NCBI GenBank assembly: GCA_947627185.1
Contig: CANQVF010000008.1
Location: 6,403 to 70,402, forward strand
Reading direction: 5' to 3'
DNA: 64,000 nucleotides
Source of the DNA: an uncultured Clostridia bacterium
GTDB lineage: Bacteria > Bacillota > Clostridia > TANB77 > CAG-508
Part shown: piece by piece, positions 26,694-37,272 of the stretch
Numbering within the stretch: position 1 is the stretch's first letter
Layout of the letters: each line of letters starts with the position of its first letter
Translations under genes and position numbers: made by a program
The notes under the pieces: generated by a model
The model's input: only the letters and a program-made list of their open reading frames with translations
What the model was told of the DNA's origin: nothing
The model's database searches: none

Positions 26694-27629
26694 CTATTCT
26701 AATATTTTAAATTCTACATTGCGAGCAGAAAATTTACCTGTATCTTCATTTTTTACAAATTCTGTTAATGATTTATCTAGAGATTCTGCATTTTGTTTTA
26801 AATCTGTTGTAAAATATATTTTTATATTCTCCATTTCTAGATTATTTTTTACTATAGCTTTAAATGTTTCTACCATATGTTTATCATCTTCACAAACTAA
26901 AATTAATTGTGGTCTTGCTTCATATCCAGAATCAAATGGAACAAAATTCTCTAAAAAATCTTTATATAATCTCATTCTGTCAACAAATTTACTTTCCCAT
27001 TCTTCTTCTCTTCTAACACATTCAAATATTAAATTTAAAGATTTTCCAGATTTTGAAATTTTAACATCTCCATGTCCTTTAAAAGTTTTTCCTGTCATTT
27101 TTGCAGTAATTGCTGTTTTTACTTTATAACTATTAAAGTTTTTGGCCTTTCTCATATATGCTATAATAACTTGATTTCCTGCTAATCTTTTTTTCATCAA
27201 AGAAACTGGTTTTGTATTATCAGTTGGTTGCCATTTACATTCTACTTCTTTAGAATTAAGTAAATATTTTCCCATTTTTTCCATGCAGTAAACTCTATAA
27301 ATTCCTTTTCCTTCTTCTGAAGTAAAATAATATCTTGTTAAAATTTTTGTTTTTACTAATTGTTCTAATTTTGTATTTAATTTATCTTGTGATTTAATTT
27401 CAACTCCCTTATATTTAAGAATTTGAAATATTTGTCTTGATGTTAAAAATTCAAATTCATTTACTAAATCTAGTATTTTAAAATGAACATCTGTTATATG
27501 GCCTAAATTAATTTTATGGATAATTTGATTTATTGATACATATCCATCTTTGCCATCAAATGTTTTTATTTCTCCTTCTCTAATAGCGAATGGAGAAACG
27601 GTAGTTTTAATTTCTTGATCTTCTACCAT
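26694..27629 (-). CDS. Replication-relaxation family protein (PF13814-like)
   Basis: The wHTH-like block HFKILDLVNEFEFLTSRQIFQIL...LEQLVKTKILTRYYF...IYRVYCMEKMGKYLL follows the family pattern. Confidence 0.5.
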   Translation of the reverse strand: MVEDQEIKTTVSPFAIREGEIKTFDGKDGYVSINQIIHKINLGHITDVHFKILDLVNEFEFLTSRQIFQILKYKGVEIKSQDKLNTKLEQLVKTKILTRYYFTSEEGKGIYRVYCMEKMGKYLLNSKEVECKWQPTDNTKPVSLMKKRLAGNQVIIAYMRKAKNFNSYKVKTAITAKMTGKTFKGHGDVKISKSGKSLNLIFECVRREEEWESKFVDRMRLYKDFLENFVPFDSGYEARPQLILVCEDDKHMVETFKAIVKNNLEMENIKIYFTTDLKQNAESLDKSLTEFVKNEDTGKFSARNVEFKILE

Positions 27630-27644
27630 TTTCTAATAACCTCC

Positions 27645-28449
27645 TTAAATAATCAAAAGTTTAATTTTCTTTCTTTCTTTTATAATTTTTTTTATGTATA
27701 CTTTTACTTTTTGACCATATTCTAATCCTTCTTTATATTCTGCTAACCCAACTAAATTAGGTTTAAGCTCTATGAATATGCCATTTTTATATTTATCTGT
27801 TTCTTTAACAATTCCTTCAACTACTGTTTTTTCATTATAACCTTCAATGTTTTCTTCCCAGTTTCCAAGAAGCTCTTTATAAGACAAAACAATTTTATCA
27901 TTTTCAGTGTCTATTGATTTTATCATAACATTTATTTTTTGTCCAATAAAAAAACGTTCTTCTGGCGATTTTATTCTCGAGACTGAAATATCCTCAATAT
28001 GAAGAAGTCCTACTATTCCTCCACCTATTTCCACAAATGCACCAAATTTTCTTATGTTTTTTACTATTCCGATTAACTATACTTCCTGGTTTTAATTCTT
28101 TTTTTGCCCATTCTAATGCTTGTTTTTGTACATTTTTTCTAGATAAAATAACATTATTATAATCATCAATTTCTTTTATTTTAAATTGAACAAAATTATT
28201 TACTTTATTTTTACATATACTAGGATTGCAAAATCCAAATTTATCTGTATTTATCTCTTCTAATTCATTTCTAGGTATAATTCCCTTAATATTATTTCCT
28301 AAATTTATATGCAAATTATAATTTGAATCGCAATTTTCTACATAACCTTGTAGAACATCGCCATTTGAAAAAGCTTTGTTTAATAAATTATTATCTAATT
28401 CATCTTTTTTTTCAATCCAACCTTCTGGAATAAATTTTTGATATTCCAT
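27645..28449 (-). pseudogene. S1 RNA-binding-domain protein interrupted by a +1 frameshift
   Basis: The upstream ORF ends ...ELKPGSIVNRNSKK... The other frame continues GIVKNIRKFGAFVEIGGGIVGLLHIEDISVSR, a canonical S1 motif. Deleting the single base at + coordinate 28071 restores one ORF. Confidence 0.7.
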
Positions 28450-28498
28450 ATTTTTCTCCTCTTTCGTAATCTTTATTTAAAAATATTTATTTTTAAAA

Positions 28499-29221
28499 CT
28501 ATTTTAGTATACTTTCAATTTCTTCTTTTGTTAAATATCTCCAACTACCTATTTTTAAATCTTTAACATCAATATTACCAATTTTAGCTCTATGTAAAGC
28601 TAAAACTTTTTTTCCTATCGCATTACACATTTTTCTTATTTGTCTATTTTTTCCTTCATGAATTGTAATTTGTATTCTTGAAATATTTTTATCTAAATCT
28701 ATTTTTAATATTTTAACTTTAGCTGGTTTGGTTACATAAGAATTATCTATTAAAACTCCGTTTTTAAGTTTTTCAATTTCTTCATCTAATATATTGCCAG
28801 ATATTGTTACATTATAAACTTTATTTATTTCATGTTTAGGATGTGTAACCTTATAAACAAATTCTCCATCATCAGTTAAAATTAAAGCTCCTGAAGTATA
28901 CATATCTAGTCTCCCAACAGGCACCAATCTTTTATTTTTAATTTTTACTAAATCTGTAACAGATTCTCTATTAAATTGATCTTGCACTGTTGTAACAACT
29001 CCAATAGGTTTATTTAATAATATATATGTATATTGCTTATTTTCATTTTTAATTAATTTTCCTTTATATTCAATTTTATCCACTTTAGGATTTATTTTTG
29101 TTCCTATTTCAGCAATTAGTCCATTTACTTTAATTTCACCATTAACAATTAGTTCTTCACATTTTCTTCTAGAAGCTATACCATTTTCTGCTAAAAACTT
29201 TTGAAGTCTAATTTCATCCAT
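28499..29221 (-). CDS. Pseudouridine synthase, RsuA/RluB family
   Basis: N-terminal S4 domain (RLQKFLAENGIASRRKCE) and catalytic GRLDMYTSG. Confidence 0.85.
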   Translation of the reverse strand: MDEIRLQKFLAENGIASRRKCEELIVNGEIKVNGLIAEIGTKINPKVDKIEYKGKLIKNENKQYTYILLNKPIGVVTTVQDQFNRESVTDLVKIKNKRLVPVGRLDMYTSGALILTDDGEFVYKVTHPKHEINKVYNVTISGNILDEEIEKLKNGVLIDNSYVTKPAKVKILKIDLDKNISRIQITIHEGKNRQIRKMCNAIGKKVLALHRAKIGNIDVKDLKIGSWRYLTKEEIESILK

Positions 29222-29256
29222 TGTTTTCTCCTCTAAAATTTATATTTTACTCATTT

Positions 29257-30189
29257 TTAAATTGTTAAAATCCGGTTTTCTTTTCTTAAAATTTCTAATA
29301 CTTCTTCAAAATATTCTGGCAATTCTGCTTTTAGATTCATTTGTTTACCAGTAATTGGATGAACAAATTCTAACTTCATACTATGAAGCATTTGCCCTTG
29401 AACTCCAAATGGATTTTTTCCATTTGAATATACATAATCACCAACTATTGGATAACCTATTTGTGATAAATGAACTCTTATTTGATGAGTTCTACCTGTT
29501 TCTATATTTACTTCTAGCAAAGTATAATTTTTAAATCTTTCTATTACTTTTATGTGAGTTATTGCATTTTTTCCTGTTTTTGAAACTGCCATTTTAGTTC
29601 TATCTTTATTACTTCTAGCTATAGGCATATCTATTGTTGCTTCATTTTCTTTTAAAACACCTCTTACTAATGCAATATATGTTTTTTTTACTTTATGATT
29701 TTTTATTTGTTCGCTAATATTTATATGTGCTTTATCATTTTTTGCAACAATTAAAAGACCTGATGTATCTTTATCTATTCTATGCACTATTCCTGGTCTA
29801 ATTTCTCCTCCAATACCTGAAAGACTATCTTTACATCTTGCCATAATAGCATTTACTAAAGTACCATCTGGATTTCCATTTCCTGGATGCACAACTAAAC
29901 CTTTTTGCTTATTTACAACAAGTATATCATTATCTTCATATACAACATCTAATGGTATATTTTCTGGTTTAATTTCTACTTCCTTTGGTTCTTCTTTAAA
30001 TATTGTTATTAAATCATTTAAATTTAATTTATAAGAAGATTTTATTTTTTTACCATTTACAAGAATTTTTCCTTCATCAATTAATCTTTGCACAGTAACT
30101 CTTGAAATACTTTCATCTTTTTCGCTTATTGCTTTATCTAATCTTATTCCTACTAAATCTTCATTTATTTTATATTCTTTTTTTTCCAA
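29257..30189 (-). CDS. rluD: Pseudouridine synthase, RluA/RluD family
   Basis: S4-like N-terminus, catalytic HRIDKDTSGLL and RTHQIRVH motifs. Confidence 0.85.
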   Translation of the reverse strand: MEKKEYKINEDLVGIRLDKAISEKDESISRVTVQRLIDEGKILVNGKKIKSSYKLNLNDLITIFKEEPKEVEIKPENIPLDVVYEDNDILVVNKQKGLVVHPGNGNPDGTLVNAIMARCKDSLSGIGGEIRPGIVHRIDKDTSGLLIVAKNDKAHINISEQIKNHKVKKTYIALVRGVLKENEATIDMPIARSNKDRTKMAVSKTGKNAITHIKVIERFKNYTLLEVNIETGRTHQIRVHLSQIGYPIVGDYVYSNGKNPFGVQGQMLHSMKLEFVHPITGKQMNLKAELPEYFEEVLEILRKENRILTI

Positions 30190-30200
30190 TTTTAATTCCC

Positions 30201-30986
30201 CTATTTATCAAAACTTCCTTTTGTTATATCTTTTGTAAAAAAAATTTTTAATAAATAATTTGGTAATGCCATCATTCTTTTTATTCTTGTTGGTTGAAGA
30301 ATAAGTCTCCAAAGCCATTCTATTCCCATTTTTTGAATTAATTTTGGTGCTCTTTTTACTACACCTGCCTCATAATCAAATGTACCACCTTGACCTGCTG
30401 AAATGTCTACTTTTAATTCATTTTTATGTTTTGCAATCCATTTTTCCTGAATTGGAGCTCCCATGGCCACAAATAAAACATTCGGCTTTAAAGAATTTAT
30501 TTCTTTTATAACATCTTCCTCTGAATCTTTTTCAAAAAATCCCTCGTGATAACCTACTATTTTTAATCTGGGATAATCTTTTTTTACATTTTCTACTGTA
30601 AGTTTAGGCACATCTCCTTGTCCACCTAACATATAAAAAGTCCAATTTTCTTTTTCCCCAATTTCTAATATTTTTCTGAAATATGTTTGTCCTGGTATTC
30701 TTTCTTTAAACGGCTTTTTTTGTATTTTTCCTCCTATCATAACACCAACACTATCTGGAGTTGCTAAATCAGCACTTCTTAAAATATTGAAAAATTCTTC
30801 ATCTTTTTGTGCCATCATAATAAATTCAGTATTTGGAGCAACTACTAATTTACAACTTTTATTACTATTTTCAATTAAGTTTTTTGTTATTTCACCGGCT
30901 TCTTCAATATTTATATTATCTATATCAATTCCCAGTATTCTAACTTTATTACGCAAAATTACACCTCTATTTTCTTGAAAAATCAA
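30201..30986 (-). CDS. WecB/TagA/CpsF-family glycosyltransferase (GT26)
   Basis: Family-typical blocks VVAPNTEFIM, GYHEGFF, FVAMGAPIQEKWI and IEWLWRL. Confidence 0.8.
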   Translation of the reverse strand: MIFQENRGVILRNKVRILGIDIDNINIEEAGEITKNLIENSNKSCKLVVAPNTEFIMMAQKDEEFFNILRSADLATPDSVGVMIGGKIQKKPFKERIPGQTYFRKILEIGEKENWTFYMLGGQGDVPKLTVENVKKDYPRLKIVGYHEGFFEKDSEEDVIKEINSLKPNVLFVAMGAPIQEKWIAKHKNELKVDISAGQGGTFDYEAGVVKRAPKLIQKMGIEWLWRLILQPTRIKRMMALPNYLLKIFFTKDITKGSFDK

Positions 30987-31410
30987 TTAAAAATATTATT
31001 ATTAATATCCAACCAATTACTATTGAAAAATCTGCTAAATTAAAATTTGGTATTTTACTTATTTTGATAAAATCTAATACGCCACCTCTAAAAAATCTAT
31101 CTATTAAATTACTTATTGCTCCGCCTAATACCATAGATATTGCAACAGCTGTTTTTTTATCTAATCTATCTATTTGGTCTCTTATAAATTTTATAACAAT
31201 TGCTAATATAAAAACTGCAATAACTATGTTTTTAATATTTCCTTTATTAAAACCAAAAGCCATTCCTGTATTTGATACAACTTCTATTTTTAAATAATCA
31301 TTTCCTATAGGCTCTTTTACAAAATTAGAAACTAATATTTTGCTTGTTTGATCTAATAATATCAATATAACAGATATTATAACAATCAATTTTATAATTT
31401 TATTTTTCAA
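30967..31410 (-). CDS. lspA: Lipoprotein signal peptidase (signal peptidase II)
   Basis: LDQTSK, NTGMAFG, GGAISNLIDR and VLDFI motifs; 4 TM segments. Confidence 0.9.
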   Translation of the reverse strand: MKNKIIKLIVIISVILILLDQTSKILVSNFVKEPIGNDYLKIEVVSNTGMAFGFNKGNIKNIVIAVFILAIVIKFIRDQIDRLDKKTAVAISMVLGGAISNLIDRFFRGGVLDFIKISKIPNFNLADFSIVIGWILIIIFLIDFSRK

Positions 31411-31434
31411 AATTAGACCTCCACAAAATAAATT

Positions 31435-33267
31435 TTAGTTTTCTACCTTTTCTGCTGATAATCTTTCAAAAATTTTAAAATTACCTTTATTATATATTTC
31501 TTTATAATTTGAGTCTTCTTCTAAAATCATTGCAAGTTTTGAATTTTGATATAATATTATATGAGTTACTTTATATTCTTCAAACTTTTCTTCATAATTT
31601 TTTACCACACCAGCCATATTTAAAGCATCTGAAAAAATATCTCTACCATCATATTTCTTCGTTTCTTCATTATAAGTTCCATTAAATTCTGGTGAATATA
31701 AATCACATCTAGAATCTATAAACACTGGTATTCCTCTATATAGAAGATAACTTCCATAATTATATTCATTAAATAATCTAATATTTTTTACATCTAGATT
31801 TTCTAAAATCCAATCTGATGCTTCAACAGGATATGATGATGTGTCTATATAGTCATCTTTTAATGTTGGTTTTACTATATTAGTACACCAAATAACAAAT
31901 AAACAAACTATAACAATTGTTCCAAACCATCCAGAAATAAATCTTTCTATTTTTAATATTGTTTCTTTATCATATTTTTCAAATACATAAGTAACTATAC
32001 ATGCAAGTATTGGTGAACAAAGAATAGCAAACATTGAAACTTGTCTTCTAGTTTTAAAAGATAAATATGTTATTCCTCCTAGCATAAACAAATCATGCAA
32101 TTTTATTTTTGTATCTGTAAATATTAAAAATAATAAAAATATTACTACTGTAAATGAAAATTCTGTATTTTCAACTAATGTAAGTGGTAAGTGTTCATTA
32201 ATTGAACTTGTTGTATTTCCTTTCATTGTTTTATAAAGATAAGTAAATGCACCATCTCCTGCAGGATTTAAAAATCCTGTAAAGAAAGCTACACCCATTA
32301 TAGCAATAAGTAATAATACTGCATGATTTTTTTCTACTTTTATTCTATATGGATTTTTTCTTAATTTTTTTACTTTTCTATTTCTTTCATCTTTTATAAC
32401 TGTTATTTGCTTTATTTTTTCTTCAATTTTTGCTTTATTTTCTTCTTTCTTAGTAAATTTCTTTTTTATATTTAAAAATAGTTTTTTTATTCTAAACCAT
32501 ATATTTAAATCTTCTAAAGACACTAAAACGTACTCTCCTATGTATGGCAAGAACAAAACAAAATAAAATGGCCATACAGCACAATGAAGATTTGCAATTA
32601 ATAAAGGTATTATTATTAATAAAATAGCATATCTTTTCTTTTTAGTTTCCAAAAATTTTTCTATTGCAAAAATTGTCCACACAAACAATATAAAAGTTAC
32701 AAGTTGTGCTCTAGCTGCAATGAAAGATTTAATTAAGTACATTGCACCTATTGTTACAACAAAAGAAATTACTTTATTTTTTGATTTTTTATTGCATAAT
32801 GTATAAACAGAAATTCCTAATATTGCACTTAAAATAATTGTTGAAAGATATATTCCAAATTGACCAGAATTGTGATATATAACATACATTCCTAAATCAT
32901 AAAGCCAATGTGGATAAGTATATGGAAGATTATGAATTGAATATAAATCTTTAGTTAAATCTGAACACCCATTATTAAAAATATATTTTCCTATTGTTAT
33001 TGTATAAAAAGTATCGTTTTGCAATGTTTTAGGAGATATAGCTGCACAAAACAAAGAAATACATATTATTGCAACTATGTGAAATATAATTCCTTTTAAT
33101 TTTGAATTTTTTTTCTCTTTATTTTTATTAGATATATTTTCTTCTTTTTTTGTTTCATCAATTAAATCTTCTTTTTTTTCTTTATTTTCATGAATAAAAT
33201 TTTCTTCTTTTTTATCATAATTTTGAGTTTCTTGACTATCAGTATTCATGTATACTCCTTTAGACAT
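31435..33267 (-). CDS. Large polytopic membrane protein, possibly a GT-C-type glycosyltransferase
   Basis: 610 aa with a charged N-terminal tail, more than 10 TM segments and a soluble C-terminal domain. The family assignment rests on architecture alone. Confidence 0.35.
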   Translation of the reverse strand: MSKGVYMNTDSQETQNYDKKEENFIHENKEKKEDLIDETKKEENISNKNKEKKNSKLKGIIFHIVAIICISLFCAAISPKTLQNDTFYTITIGKYIFNNGCSDLTKDLYSIHNLPYTYPHWLYDLGMYVIYHNSGQFGIYLSTIILSAILGISVYTLCNKKSKNKVISFVVTIGAMYLIKSFIAARAQLVTFILFVWTIFAIEKFLETKKKRYAILLIIIPLLIANLHCAVWPFYFVLFLPYIGEYVLVSLEDLNIWFRIKKLFLNIKKKFTKKEENKAKIEEKIKQITVIKDERNRKVKKLRKNPYRIKVEKNHAVLLLIAIMGVAFFTGFLNPAGDGAFTYLYKTMKGNTTSSINEHLPLTLVENTEFSFTVVIFLLFLIFTDTKIKLHDLFMLGGITYLSFKTRRQVSMFAILCSPILACIVTYVFEKYDKETILKIERFISGWFGTIVIVCLFVIWCTNIVKPTLKDDYIDTSSYPVEASDWILENLDVKNIRLFNEYNYGSYLLYRGIPVFIDSRCDLYSPEFNGTYNEETKKYDGRDIFSDALNMAGVVKNYEEKFEEYKVTHIILYQNSKLAMILEEDSNYKEIYNKGNFKIFERLSAEKVEN

Positions 33268-33451
33268 TAAATTTATTGAATTATATCAAATAAGTAAAAA
33301 AAAATACATACTTTTACTAAAATTTATAAACTAATTTAATAAAATTTGCAAAAAAAACAAAAAGAAAACGCCCATATACCAACCTTTGTTAGCACATAAG
33401 CGTTATATAATTTGCTAAAATTTATATAATATCTAAATTATATCTATTTAT

Positions 33452-34120
33452 TTAAACAACTGCTTCTGATTCAGTTTCGTTTTGTTCTTCTTTATTTACT
33501 ACTTCCATACTTGCAATTGAAACTTCATAAGCAACTCTTGTTTCAGATGTTCCATCTTCAAATTTTTTTTCATAAGTTCTTGATTGAACTCTACCAGTAA
33601 TTTTTACTTCTGTTCCAACTTCCATATTTTGGCAAAATCTTGCATTTCTTCCCCAAGCTATACTTGGTATGTAATCTGATTTATTATATGCTCTATTTAC
33701 TGCTAGTAAAACATCTGCTATTTCTCTTCCAAATGGTGTTTGTCTATATATAGGTTTTTTACATACATAACCTATTAAAACAACCTCATTTGTTACTTCA
33801 TCTTTTTCTTCTTGCTCTTCTATTTCTTTAATTTCTTTTGCAAATACTGTTAAAACTAATCTGTTTTTTTCATTTTCATAATTGTTGTAAGATCTAAATT
33901 GTCCTTCTACTGTAACTTTCTTACCAATTTCAATATCTAAATTTGTTAATAATCTTTCAGATATTGTAATAGGTATAATATCTACTGTTGAACTTAATCT
34001 AACTACTTCTAGATTAAATACATAAAATTTTTCTCCGTAGATTTCATGACTGTAACTTTTTTCACTTACTATTTTTCCTATTAATATTAAGTGATTGTTT
34101 TCTGAATAATTTGTATTCAA
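33452..34120 (-). CDS. Two-OB-fold single-stranded-DNA-binding-like protein
   Basis: The second half, NEVVLIGYV...LAVNR...IPSIAWGRNARF...GTEVKITGRVQSRTY, fits the SSB OB-fold pattern. TTG start 8 nt after GGAGG. Confidence 0.55.
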   Translation of the reverse strand: MNTNYSENNHLILIGKIVSEKSYSHEIYGEKFYVFNLEVVRLSSTVDIIPITISERLLTNLDIEIGKKVTVEGQFRSYNNYENEKNRLVLTVFAKEIKEIEEQEEKDEVTNEVVLIGYVCKKPIYRQTPFGREIADVLLAVNRAYNKSDYIPSIAWGRNARFCQNMEVGTEVKITGRVQSRTYEKKFEDGTSETRVAYEVSIASMEVVNKEEQNETESEAVV

Positions 34121-34374
34121 TTTTAATTCCTCCTTAAAATTTATCTACTGTATTCTTCATATAATGTGTACATAAATTGTTTTTTGCCTAAAAACAATTA
34201 TAGTATAACACATTTTTAAACTTTTGTCTACATAAAATTGGATTTTTTTCATTTTTTTACCATTTTTTTTGCATTTTATAAAATATTTATGGCTTTTAAA
34301 AAGGATTTATTTGTAAACTTATTATAAGTAAACCTACTATTTTTTATGTAAATTTATCTTAAAATATATAAATT

Positions 34375-35733
34375 TTAAATTTCTTTTACATATTGCTTAA
34401 ATAAATTTCCTCTTTCCTCAAAGTTTTTAAAGTATCCGTAGCTTGATGCAGAAGGAGATAATAAACACACTGTATTTTTTTTAGTAACTTTTTTTGCAAT
34501 ACTTACAGCTTCTTTTAAAGTTTGAACATATTCCACATTTTTAATAGTATTACTTAATGCTTCTTTTATATATTCACCTGTTTTTGGCATACAAATTATA
34601 TTTTCAATTTTACTTTTTTTAAGAAAATCAATCAAATTATTTAAATTAACTCCTCTATCTTTTCCACCTATAATAAGAGTATTTATGTTATCTATTGCTT
34701 TTATAGCATTAATTGTAGCTTCTGGAATTGTTGCAATTGAATCATTATAGTAATCTATTCCATCAATATTTCCAACATATTCCATTCTATGCTCTAATGG
34801 TTTAAATTCTTTTATTGTTTTTTTAGCTTTATTTAAATCTAAATTTAAAATTATTGCTACTGTAAATACAAATAAAATATTATTTATATTATGAATTCCT
34901 TTTAAATTCATATTTTCATTTATATTCATAATTTTTTCATCATTACAATATATATATTCATCTTTTAAATATGCTTTATTTTTAGTATTTGGTATAGTTT
35001 CCATAGAAACTGCATAATCATTAGTTTTATAATTAAAATTAATTTTTTGCATATTTATATTATCATAATTATAAATTAAAAAATCTGTATTTTTTTGGTA
35101 TTTTGCAATGTTATATTTAGCTTTAATATATTCTTCAAAGCTTTTGTAATAATCAAGATGCTCTTCAAAAACATTTAATATAATACTAATATTAGTTGAT
35201 TTTTTTACATACTCTAAAGAATGTGAAGAAAGTTCCAAAACAGCAATGCTGTTTTCTTTTAATAAATCTATATCATTAAAAATAGGTTCGCCTATATTTG
35301 ATAAAATATAAGCATCTTTTCCTTGATCTATTAAAATCTTATATATGAGAGAACTTGTAGTACTTTTTCCTTTAGTTCCTGTAATTCCTATTGTAAAAAC
35401 ATTTATAAATTCTAAAAACAATTCTAATTGACTTGATAATTTTTCTTTAAAAGTTGAAATGTCTATATTTTTCAAAGATATTCCTGGTGCCTTTAAAATT
35501 AAATCATATTTATCAATATCATTTAAGTAGCCTTCGCCTAAAGAAACTTCTAAATAAGGATCTTCTATTAATTCTATTCTGTTTTCTAATAAATTTATGT
35601 TTTTATCTGCTATAAATAATTTTTTTTCTGGAAAATATTTTCTTAAAAATCTATAACTAGATTCTCCCTCTATTCCAAAACCAAGTATAAGTATTTTTTT
35701 ATTTTTCAAATAATTTAATAATTTTTCTAACAT
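34375..35733 (-). CDS. MurD-like Mur ligase (UDP-MurNAc-L-Ala--glutamate ligase family)
   Basis: Rossmann N-domain ILILGFGIEGES and ATP-binding motif GITGTKGKSTTSSL. The preferred start is the MLEKL ATG at 35733 after AAGGA; the track start is 35781. Confidence 0.75.
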   Translation of the reverse strand: MLEKLLNYLKNKKILILGFGIEGESSYRFLRKYFPEKKLFIADKNINLLENRIELIEDPYLEVSLGEGYLNDIDKYDLILKAPGISLKNIDISTFKEKLSSQLELFLEFINVFTIGITGTKGKSTTSSLIYKILIDQGKDAYILSNIGEPIFNDIDLLKENSIAVLELSSHSLEYVKKSTNISIILNVFEEHLDYYKSFEEYIKAKYNIAKYQKNTDFLIYNYDNINMQKINFNYKTNDYAVSMETIPNTKNKAYLKDEYIYCNDEKIMNINENMNLKGIHNINNILFVFTVAIILNLDLNKAKKTIKEFKPLEHRMEYVGNIDGIDYYNDSIATIPEATINAIKAIDNINTLIIGGKDRGVNLNNLIDFLKKSKIENIICMPKTGEYIKEALSNTIKNVEYVQTLKEAVSIAKKVTKKNTVCLLSPSASSYGYFKNFEERGNLFKQYVKEI

Positions 35734-35805
35734 ATTATTATCCTTTTTCTTAATTTTTACTTTATAAAATTTATTATTCACATATTTTTTATATAAATTT
35801 CAATT

Positions 35806-37158
35806 TTAATTTTCTAATTCATTTTTTAATTTTTTTTCAAATTCAGCTGGAATATTATTATTTTCATTATAATAATTTAGCAAATTTTTATTAAACATTT
35901 CAAAATGATTTTTATAATAATCTAATAAATATGGCAATTTCTCATTATTTTTTTCTATATTTTCAATTGTTTTAGATATTGCAAATTTAATTTCTTCATA
36001 AGTTCCAACACATTCAAATGGCTTGTTTTTTCCATATCCACAAAGTTCAATAAAAGTTTCAAGTAAATCTTGTTTTTCATATAAGTTTTCTTTAAAAATG
36101 TTTAATAATTTTTCTTTATATAAAAATGGACTTAATATTATAAAAACAAATAAACATTTAGGACAATTTAAGCACCAATGCCATGGTTCTGCTTTACTTC
36201 CAACATTACAACTATTAAAAACTTTGTGATATTTTTCTAATTTTGAAAAAATCATTGCTATTTGTAATTCACTAATAGGTCTCAATAAACTAAAATATTC
36301 TACTCCTGCTTTTAAATATCTATTAGCATATTCTCTAAAATCATTTTCAAATTCAATAGTTTTTGAATATTGGTGATTTATATTTTCTCCATATATATTA
36401 GTTTCATTTGCACTACTTTCATTAGATAAAACAACATATTTTTTGTTTAATAAATAAGAAGTTAAATAACTTATAAATGCTATAATAGCTGAAAAAGGTG
36501 TATGCCCATTTAGATATCCTTTTGAATTTAATTCTAGCAAGTTATTATCTATAACTCTTTTTACTTCTACAATTTGATTACTTTCAAAACCTGCAATTTT
36601 AGCACATTCTATTGGAATTTTCTTACTTCCTATATTAAAAACCAAAGATTTATTTTTATATTCTTTTAATATATCTAATGTAACATTAGAGTCCTTCCCA
36701 CCACCTACTGGTATAAGAATTCCATCTAAAGATTCTTTATTTTGATTAAATATTAATTCTTCACCTTCTGAAATAAATTTTACAAAATCCTCTTCTAAAA
36801 TTTTTATGTTATTTATGTATCTAAATTCTCCAAGTCCTAAATAAAATAATTTTCTAAACCATTTTTCTTGAAAATTATCTATTTTACCACATTTTATAAT
36901 AAAATTTGGTGAACAAGTACATTTAAAATAACTTATTGCTTCTATCATGCCAATATTAAAAACTATATTTTGTACAATTTCAGAATTTATATTTTTAAAA
37001 TTTAAATCTTTTTTTAAAATTTCTATTTTAGGTTTAAAAAAAGATAAGTTTTCAATTTCAAAATAATATTCAATACAAATTTGATTTTTTTCTTCATAAA
37101 TTTGATAATTTTTATATACAAAATTAGGATATTTCAATCTTAACTCTTCAAAATTCAT
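35806..37158 (-). CDS. PP-loop (adenine nucleotide alpha hydrolase-like) protein; candidate MurL-type epimerase
   Basis: GGGKDS motif (ILIPVGGGKDSNVT), CLNCPKC Cys motif, ~450 aa. It lies directly upstream of, and is co-oriented with, the MurD-like ligase. Confidence 0.35.
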   Translation of the reverse strand: MNFEELRLKYPNFVYKNYQIYEEKNQICIEYYFEIENLSFFKPKIEILKKDLNFKNINSEIVQNIVFNIGMIEAISYFKCTCSPNFIIKCGKIDNFQEKWFRKLFYLGLGEFRYINNIKILEEDFVKFISEGEELIFNQNKESLDGILIPVGGGKDSNVTLDILKEYKNKSLVFNIGSKKIPIECAKIAGFESNQIVEVKRVIDNNLLELNSKGYLNGHTPFSAIIAFISYLTSYLLNKKYVVLSNESSANETNIYGENINHQYSKTIEFENDFREYANRYLKAGVEYFSLLRPISELQIAMIFSKLEKYHKVFNSCNVGSKAEPWHWCLNCPKCLFVFIILSPFLYKEKLLNIFKENLYEKQDLLETFIELCGYGKNKPFECVGTYEEIKFAISKTIENIEKNNEKLPYLLDYYKNHFEMFNKNLLNYYNENNNIPAEFEKKLKNELEN

Positions 37159-37272
37159 AAATATTCCTTTCTTATTTAAATAATATTATTATAGTATTAT
37201 ATGTTAGATAATTCATATTGTCAAAAGAACTATACAACTTTTTATAATTAAATTATTTTACTTTATAAATAT

